This document shows positions 13,387-26,700 of a stretch of DNA of 64,000 nt, in pieces. The notes under the pieces were generated by a model. It was not told the DNA's origin. It saw only the letters and a list, made by a program, of their open reading frames with translations, and ran no database searches. The DNA lies in assembly GCF_021869535.1 (NCBI RefSeq), contig NW_026262581.1, forward strand, positions 141,484,001 to 141,548,000. Direction: 5' to 3'. The translations under genes were made by a program, and so were the position numbers. How positions within the stretch are numbered: position 1 is the first letter of the stretch; the number at the start of each line of letters is the position of its first letter. Source of the stretch: Mytilus californianus (lineage: Eukaryota).

Positions 13387-14020
13387 GTAAGTTATATTAT
13401 TATCTGTGAAGCATGGCTATCAGCGATCTTTGTGGTAAGTTATATTATTATATGTGAAGCATGGCTGTCAGCGATCTTTGTGGTAAGTTATATTATTATA
13501 TGTGAAGCATGGCTATCAGCGATCTTTGAGGTAAGTTATATTATTATATGTGTAACATGGCTATCAGCGATATTTGTGGTAAGTTATATTATTATCTGTG
13601 AAGCATGGCTATCAGCGATCTTTGTGGTAAGTTATATTATTATCTGTGAAGCATGGCTATCGGCGATCTTTGTGGTAAGTTATATTATTATATGTGAAGC
13701 ATGGCTATCAGCGATCTTTGTGGTAAGTTATATCATTATCTGTAAAGCATGGCTATCAGCGAACTTTGTGGTAAGTTATATTATTATATGTGAAGCATGG
13801 CTATCAGCGATCTTTGTGGTAAGTTATATTATTATCTGTAAAGCATGGCTATCAGCGAACTTTGTGGTAAGTTATATTATTATATGTGAAGCATGGCTAT
13901 CAGCGATCTTTGTGGTAAGTTATATTATTATCTGTAAAGCATGGCTATCAGCGAACTTTGTGGTAAGTTATATTATTATCTGTCTAACATGACTATCAGC
14001 GATCTGTGTGGTAAGTTATA
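13348..14020 (+). repeat. 48-bp tandem array (14 copies) whose first copy is the 3' end of GPCR exon 1B plus its splice donor
   Basis: Exonic copy attattatctgtgtaacatggctgtcagcgatctttgtt|gtaagttat versus downstream copies attattatctgtgaagcatggctatcagcgatctttgtg|gtaagttat; starts at 13348 and 13396. Confidence 0.93.
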
Positions 14021-14241
14021 TTCCGAATTCGAGTTGTCCTATTGCCGTCTATATAAATGATTTCCATATTTGTTTTGTGATTTTTGGCTGAGTCGTTCCA
14101 GAGTTTTTGGACTTTAATCGTAAATTTACTAAACAAAATTGTCAGCAATATTTCTTACGATCACCAATTCACATGTGCCGATGATTAAGGAATTTGTTAG
14201 ACAAAAAAACATTAGTTTAACTAATCGGCTATTGTATGATT

Positions 14242-15258
14242 CGTAATCACCTGAGTCTGACATTCACAGTTGGAGCAGGAACTGTTGCGTAATCACCTGA
14301 TCTGACATTCACAGTTGGAGCAGGAACTGTTGAGTAATCACCTGATCTGACATTCACAGATGGAGCAGGAACTGATCGTAATCACCTGATCTGACATCCA
14401 CAGTTGGAGCAGGAACTGTTGGGTAATCACCTGATCTGACATTCACAGTTGGAGCAGGAACTGTTGGGTAATCACCTGATCTAACATTCACAGTTGGAGC
14501 AGGAACTGTTGCGTAATCACCTGATCTGACATTCATAGTTTAAGAAGGAACTGTTGCGTAATCACCTGATCTGACATTCACAGTTGGAACAGGAACTGAT
14601 GCGTAATAACCTGATCTGACATGTTGGAGCAGGAACTGTTGCGTAATCACCTGATTTGACATTCACAGTTAGAGCAGTACTGTTGCGTAATCACCTGATC
14701 TGACATTCACACATGGAGCAGGAACTGTTGGGTAATCACCTGATCTGACATTCACAGTTGGAGCAGGAACTGTTGGGTAATCACCTGATCTAACATTCAC
14801 AGTTGGAGCAGGAACTGTTGCGTAATCACCTGATCTGACATTCACAGTTGGAGCAGGAACTGTTGCGTTATCACCTGATCTGACATTCATAGTTTGAGAA
14901 GGAACTGTTGCGTAATCACCTGATCTGACATTCACAGTTAGAGCAGGAACTGTTGCGTAATCACCTGATCTGACATTCACACATGGAGCAGGAACTGTTG
15001 CGTAATCACCTGATCTGACATTCAAAGTTGGAGCCGGAACTGTTAGGTAATCACCTGATCTGACATTCACAGTTGGAGCCGGAACTGATGCGTAATCACC
15101 TCATCTGACATTCACAGTTGGAGCCGTAACTGTTGCGTAATCACCTGGTCTGACACTCACAGTTGGAGCAGGAACTGATCGTAATCACCTGATCTGACAT
15201 CCACAGTTGGAGCAGGAACTGATGCGTAATCACCTGATCTGACATTCACAGTTGGAGC
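14242..15258. repeat. 45-bp tandem array, ~22 copies
   Basis: Unit gtaatcacctgatctgacattcacagttggagcaggaactgttgc; explains the 15-aa periodic minus-strand ORFs. Confidence 0.96.
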
Positions 15259-15654
15259 TTCATAATGGTTAATGCATAGACTTTTAACGTTTTTTTTCAG
15301 CTAAAGTTATCATCTTTATACCTTTTCTTCATTTGTGTTTACATTTATTGTTAGGTACAAAATAAAAATCGACATGTTTTACATTTAATATATTTTTCTT
15401 TAATTTAATGATATTAGCTCTGCACATTTATTGTTATTTCAAGTGAAACTTTGGGTGTGATGATAAAAACAATGTTTAAAACAAATTCCTTTTTAAATTT
15501 TTTTTAAAGAAAGTTTAATTTTATGTATCGAAATGTGAAACAAGTGATTGTTTAAATCCCCACTGGAAGGCCTCTTACAGACTGAGTGAGCGTAAAATCA
15601 TTGTTATCGATAGCCGATGACAAACAAGTTAAAGGTAAATGATTCAGTGTTATG

Positions 15655-15944
15655 TAGAATATGGCAAAGTACTCTCGACCAATGAAATTGTAGGATTGGA
15701 TGCCTCTTAATTGTGAAGAATGAATGTAAATCATGTTCTTAGTAAGGGATTATCCTATTAATTGGGTCTATTTACAGTTCAAAACAAAGAGTTCTATAAA
15801 TGAGTTACAACTGCCCCGAAGCACATTTATCAGATTGAAAGGATTTATCACACAGTGATTGAAACCTGACTAATAGTTGAATTGTGAAATAAACAAAAAT
15901 CTCAAAATAAGTTGAAGTTTACTGGCGCAGTAAAATTGGTACCG
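15655..15944 (+). mobile_element. Dispersed repeat, ~290 bp; second copy inverted at 30498-30794 inside the MULE element
   Basis: cagttcaaaacaaagagttctataaatgagttacaactgccccgaagcacatttat here is the reverse complement of 30608-30662; both ends also align. Confidence 0.75.
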
Positions 15945-16599
15945 TGAATTTTATTATGAAAATATTAATAACTTCAAATTACTATAAAATTAAACAATAC
16001 CAAAGCAATGCAAAAAAAAAAAGAAAAAATCTTTCAGATAAAAAATAACCTAAATCTTTAGCTTTCCAAATCTTTGATTACTTGATCAGCGGTTGGGGAG
16101 AATAGTTATTTCCAATACATGTATTCCGATAAAAAAAAACAGGAATTTAATTTTGAACATATTAAAAACTTTTAAGGGCATTATTTTTTAACATTTCCCT
16201 GACATAATGAAACAGTATTTGATGTAAAAAGCCGGACCAAATTATTGGCTGTGAAACAGAATTTAGTTGTAACTCAAATGCATTAATTGATATAAACTGT
16301 AAATAAAAAAAAGGATAATTCCTCACTAAAATATTACATGATTTACATTCATACTCACAATCAGGAAACATACAATCCCTACCTTTTCTTTCTACTGTTG
16401 TGTCACCTAATATCTATAACACATTTTTTTTTTTTAAATATTTCCCAAATGATAAGAAAGTCCTCACATCACTAAAACTAATCCATAAATGACATGCCGA
16501 AAAAGGAAGTCATGCATACATTAAAAACATTGCACTCACAATGAAACTAATTCTTGAATAGATCATTTGAGCCTTGAGCACTTTACAATATTCTAAGTT

Positions 16600-16688
16600 T
16601 GTAAGAGAATCATAATCCCTTACTTCATGATAAGTACTCGCTAACGCTCGTACTTATTCACGAAGAAAGGGATTATCATTCTCTTACA
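16600..16688. repeat. Near-perfect palindrome (~38-bp arms) with ctcgctaacgctcg apex
   Basis: tgtaagagaatcataatcccttacttcatgataagtac pairs with gtacttattcacgaagaaagggattatcattctcttaca. Confidence 0.88.
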
Positions 16689-17473
16689 TATACATAAAAA
16701 CATAATCATTACGGTTGTCCACACTGTTATGGGATTACCTCTTATCTATTGTTGTCAGTTTTACGGTTAACTAATTGAACTTCAGTACAATGGCTATAAG
16801 ATTGTTTTTTTGTTTGTTAGATATACGGTTATTTAGGTGATTAGTTTCTGTGCGACACTGTTATAACTTACATTTTTGTTAGTTTTAAGTTTGATTTAAT
16901 TGAACTGTTTTCTCTGTAAAATGGCTAAAATAAATAAATCTTATGGATCTATACTGATAACCAAGTATTTAAGATCACGAAAGCAAGTCGCCAGTGAGTT
17001 GAGACACCGACACATCGTATCGGTCAACCAATTCGTGATGGTGAAAGTAAAGCTTATGAAACGTCGAGTGTTTTTTTAACTCACGCTATATACTTTAAGT
17101 GACGATTAATTCAGATTTTTTTTTACGTTCGTCTGACATAAATAATTTGATTCATCAGAGAGAATGGTAATATTTCAGAATAAACGGTATCGCGTGCGAA
17201 TACGCTTCGTGGAGTAATTATTATTTCTAGTTTTTATGTACCTGTATTTTATATTATGTTTTCCTCTTTCACACTCCCGTATTTGTCCCGTATTAGGGAC
17301 CCTAAAAACGGATTATATTCCCTGTTAGGTCGCATTGTGTATTATATTTCTAATAATAATGAAACTGTAACCCGTAAATTCCCGATACTTCGAAGCTCCC
17401 CCTGACATTTTGGAAAGGTTAAACTTGTGTTCTTTTGCCTTTATGTTGGTTGTATTGTTCTTTGTTTTTAATG

Positions 17474-18335
17474 CTGTTTGTAATAGTCGTTTGTTCGTAT
17501 GCTTTGTGTTCAACTGTTTGTAATAGTCGTTTGTTCGTATGCTTTGTGTTCAACTGCTTGTAATAGTCGTTTTGTTCGTATGCTTTGTGTTCAACTCTTT
17601 GTAATAGTCGTTTTGTTCGTATGCTTTGTGTTCAACTCTTTGTAATAGTCGTTTTGTTCGTATGCTTTGTGTTCAACTGTTTGTAATAGTCGTTTTGTTC
17701 GTATGCTTTGTGTTCAACTGTTTGCAATGGTCGTTTGTTCGTATGCTTTGTGTTCAACTGTTTGTAATAGTCGTTTGTTCGTATGCTTTGTGTTCAACTG
17801 TTTGTAATAGTCGTTTTGTTCGTATGCTTTGTGTTCAACTGTTTGTAATAGTCGTTTGTTCGTATGCTTTGTGTTCAACTGTTTGTAATAGTCGTTTTGT
17901 TCGTATGCTTTGTGTTCAACTGTTTGTAATAGTCGTTTTGTTCGTATGCTTTGTGTTCAACTGTTTGTAATAGTCGTTTTGTTCGTATGCTTTGTGTTCA
18001 ACTGTTTGTAACAGTCGTTTGTTCGTATGCTTTGTGTTCAACTGTTTGTAACAGTCGTTTGTTCGTATGCTTTGTGTTCAACTGTTTGTAATAGTCGTTT
18101 GTTCGTATGCTTTGTGTTCAACTGTTTGTAATAGTCGTTTTGTTCGTATGCTTTGTGTTCAACTGTTTGTAATAGTCGTTTTGTTCGTATGCTTTGTGTT
18201 CAACTGTTTGTAATAGTCGTTTTGTTCGTATGCTTTGTGTTCAACTGTTTGTAATAGTCGTTTGTTCGTATGCTTTGTGTTCAACTGTTTGTAATAGTCG
18301 TTTGTTCGTATGCTTTGTGTTCAACTGTTTGTAAT
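17474..18335. repeat. 40/41-bp tandem array, ~21 copies
   Basis: Unit ctgtttgtaatagtcgttt(t)gttcgtatgctttgtgttcaa. Confidence 0.96.
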
Positions 18336-19047
18336 GCTCCAGAGGGGCGCGCAGATCCTGATCCGTGCACATGTGGCATTCATCATGTTGCTCGTGGTAT
18401 AACTATAAATCTGATAAGTCTCATTCGGTGATGTCATAATCGAGGTAAAGAAGACGGAGAAGTGGTTCCGACAATTCGAACATTGTCATGGTCATATACA
18501 AGAAATCTTTTTTTTTGGGCAAAAAATCCGTTTGGGTATGGCCATGGCTTGAATCTCAATTGCATGACAAGATCTCTAAAGGATGTTTTTTTAAGAAGAG
18601 GGTTGTTTTTGCAAGTTTTGCCTCGGAAGCCTCACCGTTAATATTTCAGACACAATATGAAAATTTAGATACTGAAATCTGACAGACTAAAAATGTCTTG
18701 TTAACATCTTAAGACTGTTAATAATTTTGATTGATTTATAATACTTTTTTGATTGGCCTTGGCATGCCTTCTGCTTTACATATTTCTATATTAAAATTTT
18801 GTAAAACTTACCCATATCTGATTATATCTTAATGAAAGGCTGGAGGAAAATGAAAGGAAAAGAAAGTTCATGGGAAATAATGCATTGTTTTTGTCATCTA
18901 AATTTACGAGTTTATTAGAAAAATGTGGAGAAAATGTTGGGTTTTTTTTTTATCAATTAACGGCTAGTCTGTATATATCAGAAAAGAATACTAGACTAAG
19001 TCGGTTTTTTTGTCACAACTGACTCAAATGGACTATAGATAAAATTG

Positions 19048-19975
19048 CGAATGGAAATTGGGAATATGTCGAAGAGACAACAAACCGACCAATAGAGCAG
19101 AAAACAGCCGAAGGCCACCAATGGGTCTTCAACACAGCGCGAAAAGCCCGCCTCCTGGAGCTGGCCCCTAAACAAAAATGTGTACTAGTTCAGTGAAAAT
19201 GGACGTCACACTAAACTCCAAAAACATATAAATGAACTAAAATTTAAAAAAAAACATACAAGACTAACAAAGGCCAGAGGCTCCTGACTTGGGACAGGCG
19301 CAAAAATGCGGCGGGGTTAAACATCTTTTGTGAGATCTCAACCCTTCCCCTATATCTCTAGCCAATGTAGAATAAACAAACACACAGCAATGCACACAGT
19401 AAAACTTAGTTTAAAAGAAGTCCGAGTCCGATGTCAGAATAGGTAACAGAAGAAACTAAGCAAAATGACAATGATACATAAATAACCACAGGACTACTAG
19501 CAGTTACTTACATGCCAGCTCCAGACCTCAATTAAACTGATTGAAAAATTATGTCTTCATCATATGAAAATCAAGCACAATCCCTCCCGTTAGGGGTTTA
19601 GTATCATACCATCATAAAATATATGAGAAGAACATAACCTGTTTCATGCCAACAACTGGTTTTAGAATAAATGTGTTTATTTTCGATGCAAAGACCCTAT
19701 GAGTGAATCAATATTAATTCCAAAATATGCCATCTTTAATGACCTGACAACAGTATCGTAACTATATCCCTTCTGAATAAGTCTGTTTAAATGTTTGGTT
19801 TGCTTTTGAAGTAAATGACGACATTTTTGTGCTTTGTATAGAATATTACCCTAAAAGATTGGATGTGAAATAATTAACGTATAAGATGTCTGAATGCTGA
19901 TTTATATTTACGAATGATGTCCTTGTACTGATGATAAAATTTAATAATGTTTTGACTAGTTTGTGATATCGAAAA
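19048..19975. mobile_element. Dispersed non-coding repeat (~0.9 kb); a partial inverted copy lies at 45264-45628
   Basis: 19048-19400 (gaagagacaacaaaccgacc...gggacaggcgcaaaaatgcggcggggttaaac...gcaatgcacacagt) is the reverse complement of 45264-45628. The extent beyond 19400 rests on recalled similarity to a common mussel repeat and is less certain. Confidence 0.7.
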
Positions 19976-20510
19976 CCCTGGTGTAATAATTTTTCAGTAA
20001 TACAGAGAATTCTTTCGTTAAAATCAAATACTTTGTTACATAAACGAGCGAATCAAACGTCACCATCTAAAAATGGATAATTAATAATAGGAAATGAAAA
20101 ATCATCTCTTTTATCGTAAATTTTGGTATTAAGCTTTGTTTGTATCGATTATTAAACTTTCAGGTTACTAAAACATTTAATTGAACAGATAATAACATTA
20201 CACATGTCGTCAAACCTTTTGTGTCAATGACCTTTTACAACTAACAGAATTGTCTAACAACACTCACAGAACCAGTAATATTTATTTAGATGTTTACTTG
20301 TTCATTGTATCTTTTTCTTTATTTTATTGTGGTGTCTATTGTACTAATAAGTGTAAAGAATCTCGTCAGTGGTCAGAGTCAGTGGTAGTCATTTGTAAGA
20401 GATCTCGTAGTTCTATCTAAATACTTTGTCACTGAGCGAATATTTTGAGATCTTTGATGGTCTTTTATGAATTTATTCAGAGCTTTTCTATACCCGTTAC
20501 GATTTAGAGC

Positions 20511-22366
20511 TTGATATAATATTTATAGGTGAGGACTGTTTGTTTGATATATATATATAGGTGAGGACTGTTTGTTTGATATACTATTTATAGATGAGGA
20601 CTGTTTGTTTGATATACTATTTATAGGTGAGGACTGTTTGTTTGATATACCATTTATAGGTGAGGACTGTTTGTTTGATATAATATCTATAGGTAGGGAC
20701 TGTTTGTTTGATATAATATTTATAGGTGAGGACTGTTTGTTTGATATATTTAAAGGTGAGGACTGTTTGTTTGATATATTTAAAGGTGAGGACTGTTTGT
20801 TTGATATATTATTTATAGGTGAGGACTGTTTGTTTGATATATTTATAGGTGAGGACTGTTTGTTTGATATAGTATTTATAGGTGAGGACTGTTTGTTTGA
20901 TATAATATTTATAGGTGAGGACTGTTTGTTTGATATATTTATAGGTGAGGACTGTTTGTTTGATATACTATTTATAGATGAGGACTGTTTGTTTGATATA
21001 CTATTTATAGGTGAGGACTGTTTGTTTGATATACCATTTATAGGTGAGGACTGTTTGTTTGATATAATATCTATAGGTAGGGACTGTTTGTTTGATATAA
21101 TATTTATAGGTGAGGACTGTTTGTTTGATATAATATCTATAGGTGAGGGCTGTTTGTTTGATATATTTATAGGTGAGGACTGTTTGTTTGATATACTATT
21201 TATAGGTGAGGGCTGTTTGTTTGATATACTATTTATAGATGAGGACTGTTTGTTTGATATATTTATAGGTGAGGACTGTTTGTTTGATATAATATTTATA
21301 GGTGAGGACTGTTTGTTTGATATTATATTTATAGGTGAGGACTGTTTGTTTGATATAATATTTATAGGTGAGGACTGTTTGTTTGATATAGTATTTATAG
21401 GTGAGGACTGTTTGTTTGATATAATATTTATAGGTGAGGACTGTTTGTTTGATATATTTTTAGGTGAGGACTGTTTGTTTGATATAATATTTATAGGTGA
21501 GGACTGTTTGCTTGATATAATATTTATAGGTGAGGACTGTTTGTTTGATATAATATTTATAGGTGAGGTCTGTTTGTTTGATATATTTATAGGTGAGGAC
21601 TGTTTGTTTGATATACTATTTATAGGTGAGGACTGTTTGTTTGATATATTTTAGGTGAGGACTGTTTGTTTGATATACTATTTATAGGTGAGGACTGTTT
21701 GTTTGATATAATATTTATAGGTGAGGACTGTTTGTTTGATATACTATCTATAGGTGAGGACTGTTTGTTTGATATAATATTTATAGGTGAGGACTGTTTG
21801 TTTGATATAATATTTATAGGTGAGAACTGATTGTTTGATATACTATTTATAGGTGAGGACTGTTTGTTTGATATACTATTTATAGGTGGGGACTGTTTGT
21901 TTGATATACTATTTATAGGTGAGGACTGTTTGTTTGATATAATATTTATAGGTGAGGACTGTATGTTGGATATAATATTTATAGGCGAGGACTGTTTGTT
22001 GCATATAATATTTATAGGTGAGGACTGTTTGTTTGATATACTATTTATAGGTGGGGACTGTTTGTTTGATATAATATTTATAGGTGAGGACTGTTTGTTT
22101 GATATACTATTTATAGGTGAGGACTGTTTGTTTGATATACTATTTATAGGTGGGGACTGTTTGTTTGATATAATATTTATAGGTGAGGACTGTTTGTTTG
22201 ATATACTATTTATAGGTGAGGACTGTTTGTTTGATATGATATCTATAGGTGAGGACTGTTTGTTTGATATACTGTTTACAGGTGAGGACTGTTTGTTTGA
22301 TATAATATTTATAGGTGAGGACTGTTTGTTTGATATACTATTTATAGGTGAGGACTGTTTGTTTGA
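20511..22366. repeat. 33-bp (and 30-bp variant) tandem array, ~57 copies
   Basis: Unit ataggtgaggactgtttgtttgatataatattt; explains the IGEDCLFDIIF and NKQSSPINIIS ORFs. Confidence 0.97.
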
Positions 22367-22384
22367 CTTTTGTTGCATCATTTG

Positions 22385-22525
22385 CAGGGGCAGATCCAGC
22401 CATTCATAAAAAGGAGGTTCCTAACCTAGGATAAAGGGGGGAGGGGGGTTCCAACTATATGTCCCCATTCAAATGCATTGATCGTCAACTCCCGGAACCC
22501 CCCCCCCCCCTTGGATCCGCCACTG
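22385..22525. mobile_element. 141-bp MITE with CAG termini, probable 5-bp TSD (hAT5-like)
   Basis: TIR caggggcagatccag versus cagtggcggatccaa (reverse complement of right end), 12/15 match; flanks atttg and attta (4/5). Confidence 0.55.
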
Positions 22526-22993
22526 ATTTATTAATATATACATACACCTACATTGATTGATTAATATATACATACACCTACATCGCCATTTATTTACAGT
22601 CAAGAAGATATAACGGACATTGAAACTCTGGGTCGATTCCGCTATTGGTGGACGTTTCTGCCCGAGGGTGTCACCATGTCATTAATTAGCACTTTTGTGT
22701 TGACATGAAAAATCATCAAAACGGTGGTCATCAAATAGTTTTCTCTTTTACTTTTCTGTTTATAAAATTTTGAATTATTCGAAACACTAAGGTTTTTTCG
22801 GACTCCGGCAAAGATGACCTTAGCCTTATTTAGCTCAACTTTTCAGAATCTTAGATTTTCAGTGTTTCTTCAACTTCGCATCTTATTTGACCTCCCAACT
22901 CTTATTGAATCTTTGAATCCTTGTATTTTTGAATAGTTGTTTTAAATCAACATAGACCGGGGGATCATTGATATTGTTGTATCTATATTTCAG

Positions 22994-23089
22994 TGAGCTT
23001 GATATGTGTTCCTATGGCTGTTGGTGATGCTTTATACAGAGTGTGGATTTATGGAGAGTTTATGTGTAAGGTAACAGCTTATTTACAAG
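22994..23089 (+). CDS. GPCR exon 2 (rest of TM2, ECL1, start of TM3)
   Basis: Acceptor tatatttcag|, 96 nt, phase 1 to phase 1: (V/L)SLICVPMAVGDALYRVWIYGEFMCKVTAYLQ(G), with the ECL1 W-x-x-G-x-x-x-C motif; donor G|GTAAG at 23089/23090. Too short for the ORF track. Confidence 0.93.
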
Positions 23090-23279
23090 GTAAGCATCCA
23101 CGATATCAAGTCTATCGGTATTGGTCGAGGTCATCAGTAACATACGACTGTTGGGGTGTGTATATATATTAACAATTGTTTCATCTACCCATTCAAATGT
23201 TAAGATTATGAGTTACTTACCACACGACGATGACACTTAGGTCATGTAATTAATTACTCCATCCAAATCTAATATCATA

Positions 23280-23780
23280 GTTAGGGGTAAATAATGACAA
23301 CAGACGAGAACAGTGAATCACTGAGAGAGTGTAGGTGGAAATAAGGGACTTATAAACTTCTGATCCATTGAAATATTCAGTTATTATTCTAGTTAGTCAG
23401 GGGCATTCAGGGTCAAATAATGACTACAGAGAAAGTCAGCCAATCGCTTTGAGGGTCAAATAACATTCTCACCTCTTGATATTATCAGATAATCGTTAAA
23501 GGTCAAGGTCATGCAGGATTAAATTTCAATTCCGATCAGGGTGTGAAGTAACAACTCCTTCCACTGTGATTATCAGTTAAACATCAAAGGTCAGGGGCAC
23601 TCAGGGTTGAATACAACTCCGACCACTGAGATAAGCTCTAAGGTCAGGGGCGATCAGGGTAAATTAACAACTCCGTCCTCATGGGATAACTATTACTTTT
23701 AACTCAGCTGGGTCAATTTACACCTAAGGAGATTATCAGTTAAATATGAAATGTCAGGGACAATTAGGGTAATTATTCGA
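23280..23780. repeat. Old, diverged ~60-bp tandem repeat
   Basis: Recurrent aaggtcaggggc...tcagggt...aacaactcc...actgagat motifs. Confidence 0.5.
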
Positions 23781-23793
23781 CTTGGTTACTAAG

Positions 23794-26700
23794 GTTGGTC
23801 GGCTACTCTTTGTAGTTCTATAGGGTTGTAATGACGTTGGTCAGCCTCTCTTTGTAGTTCTAAAGGGTTGTAATAACGTTGGTCGGCTTCTCTTTATAGT
23901 TCTATAGGGTTGTAATAACGTTGGTCGGCTTCTCTTTGTAGTTCTATAGGTTTGTAAAAACGTTGGTCGGCTTCTCTTTGTAGTTCTATAGGGTTGTAAT
24001 AACGTTGGTCAGCTTCTCTATGTAGTTTTATAGGGTTGTAAAAACGTTCGACGGCTTCTCTTTGTAGTTCTATAGGGTTGTAATAACGTTGGTCGGCTTC
24101 TCTTTGTATTTCTATAGGGTTGTAATAACGTTGGTCGGCTTCTGTTTGTAGTTCTATAGGGTTGTAATAACGTTGGTCGGCTTCTCTTTGAAGTTCTATA
24201 GGGTTGTAATAACGTTGGTCGGCTTTTGTTTGTAGTTCTAAAGGGTTGTAATAACGTTGGTCGGCTTCTCTTTGAAGTTTTATAGGGTTGTAATACCGTT
24301 GGTCGGCTTCTCTTTGAAGTTCTATAGAGTTGTAATAACGTTAGTCGGCTTCTCTTCGTTGTTCTATAGGGTTGTAATAACGTTGGTCGGTGTCTCTTTG
24401 TAGTTCTATAGGGTTGTAATAACGTTGGTCAGCTTCTCCTTGTAGTTCTATAGGGTTGATATAACGTTGGTCGGCTTCTCTTTGAAGTTCTATAGGGTTG
24501 TAATAACGTTGGTCGGTTTCTCTTTGTAGTTCTATAGGGTTGTAATAACGTTGGTCGGCTTCTCTTTGTAGTTCTAAAGGGTTGTTATGACGTTGGTCAG
24601 CTTCTCTTTGTAGTTCTATAGGGTTGTAATAACGTAGGTCGGCTTCTGTCTGTAGTTCTATAGGTTTGTAATAACGTTGGTCAGTTTCTCTTTGTAGTTA
24701 TATAGGGTTGTAATAACGTTGGTCAGCTTCTGTTTGTAGTTCTATAGAGTTGTAATAACGTTGGTCAGCTTCCCTTTGTAGTTCTATCGGGTTGTAATAA
24801 CGTTGGTCGGCTTCTCTTTGTAGTTCTAAAGGGTTGTAATAACGTTGGTCAGCTTTTCTTTGTAGTTGTATAGAGTTGTAATAACGTTGGTCAGCTTCTC
24901 TTTGTAGTTCTATAGGGTTGTAATAACGTTGGTCGGCTTCTCCTTGTAGTTTATATAGGGTTGTAATAACGTTGGTCAGCTTCTGTCTGTAGTTCTATAG
25001 GGTTGTAATAACGTTGGTCGGCTTCTGTTTGTAGTTCTATAGAGTTGTAATAACGTTGGTCGGTTTCTCTTTGTAGTTCTATAGGGTTGAAATAATGTTG
25101 GTCGGTTTCTCTTTGTAGTTCTATAGGGTTGTAATAACGTTGGTCGGCTTCTCTTTGTAGTTCTATAGAGTTGTAATAACGTTGGTCGGTTTCTCTTTGT
25201 AGTTCTATAGGGTTGTAATAACGTTAGTCGGCTTCTCTTTGTAGTTCTATATAGTTGTAATAACCTGGTCGTCTTCTCTTTGTAGTTTTATAGGGTTGTA
25301 ATAACGTTGATCAGCTTCTGTTTGAAGTTCTATAGGGTTGTAATGACGTTGGTCGGTTTCTCTTTGTAGTTCTATATGGTTATAATAACGTTGGTCAGCT
25401 TCTGTTTGTAGTTCTATAGGGTTGTAATAACGTTGGTCGGCTTCTCTTTGTAGTTTTATAGGGTTGTAAAAACGTTGGTCGGCTTGTCTATGTAGTTCTA
25501 TAGGGTTGTAATAACGTTGGTCAGCTTCTCTTTGTAGTTCTATAGGGATGTAATAACGTTGGTCGGCTTCTGTTTGTAGTTCTATAGGGTTGTAATAACG
25601 TTGGTCGGTTTCTCTTTGTAGTTCTATAGGGTTGTAATAACGTTGGTCAGCTTCTCTTTGTAGTTTTATGGGGTTGAAAAAACGCTGGTCGGCTTGTCTT
25701 TGTAGTTCTAACGGTTTGATATACCGTTGGTCGCCTTCTCTTTGTAGTTCTATAGGGTTGTAATAACAGTTAAGGGTCGTCTTCTTTTGTATTTCTATAG
25801 GGTTGTAATAACGTTGGTCGGCTTCTCTTTGTAGTTCTTTAGGGTTGTAATACCGTTGGTGGGCTTCTCTTTGTAGTTCTATAGGGTTGTAATACCGTTG
25901 GTCGGCTTCTCTTTGAAGTTCTATAGGGTTGTTATAACGTTGGTCAGCTTCTTTTTGTAGTTCTATAGGGTTGTAATAACGTTGATCGGCTTCTCTTTGA
26001 AGTTCTATAGGGTTGTAATACCGTTGGTCACCTTCTCTTTGTAGTTCTATAGGGTTGAAATACCGTTGGTCAGCTTCTCTTTGTAGTTCTTTAGGGTTGG
26101 AATACCGTTGGTCAGCTTCACTTTGTAGTTCAATAGGGTTGTAATAACGTTGGTCAGCTTCTCTTTGTAGTCTTATCGGGTTGTAAAAACGTTGGTCGGC
26201 TTGTCTTTGTAGTTCTATAGGTTTGTAATTACGTTGGTCGGCTTCTCTTTGTAGTTCTATAGGGTTGTAATAACAGTTAAGGGTCGGCTTCTTTTTGTAT
26301 TTCTATAGGGTTGTAATAACGTTGGTCGGCTTTTCTTTGTAGTTCTATAGGGTTGTAATAACGTTGGTTGGCTTCTCTTTGTAGTTCTATAGGGTTGTAA
26401 TAACGTTTGTCGGCTTCTCTTTGTAGTTCTATAGGGTTGTAATAACGTTGGTCGGCTTCTCTTTGTACTTCTATAGGGTTGTAATAACGTTGGTCAGCTT
26501 CTCTTTATAGTTCTATAGGGTTGTAATAACGTTTGTCGGCTTCTCTTTGTAGTTCAATAGGTTTGTAATAACGTTGGTCGGCTTCTCTTTGTAGTTCTAT
26601 AGGGTTGTTATAACAATTAAGGGTCGTCTTCTCTTTGTTTTTCTATAGGGTTGTAATAATGTTGGTCGACTTCTGTTTGTAGTTCTGTAGGGTTGTTATA

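Noticed and set aside
10706-15258. Inverted relationship between the 46-bp and 45-bp arrays flanking exon 1B (shared words gttcctg, tgtcaga, ggtgat)
   Set aside because: Only three short words match, with different spacing; this cannot be distinguished from chance by eye.
6736-22409. Long periodic ORFs (6736-7868, 13432-13992, 14354-15070, 17626-17970, 20572-22409)
   Set aside because: They arise from tandem units, mostly with lengths divisible by three (63, 48, 45, 33 bp), that lack stops; several are open in multiple frames or on both strands, and none has gene structure.
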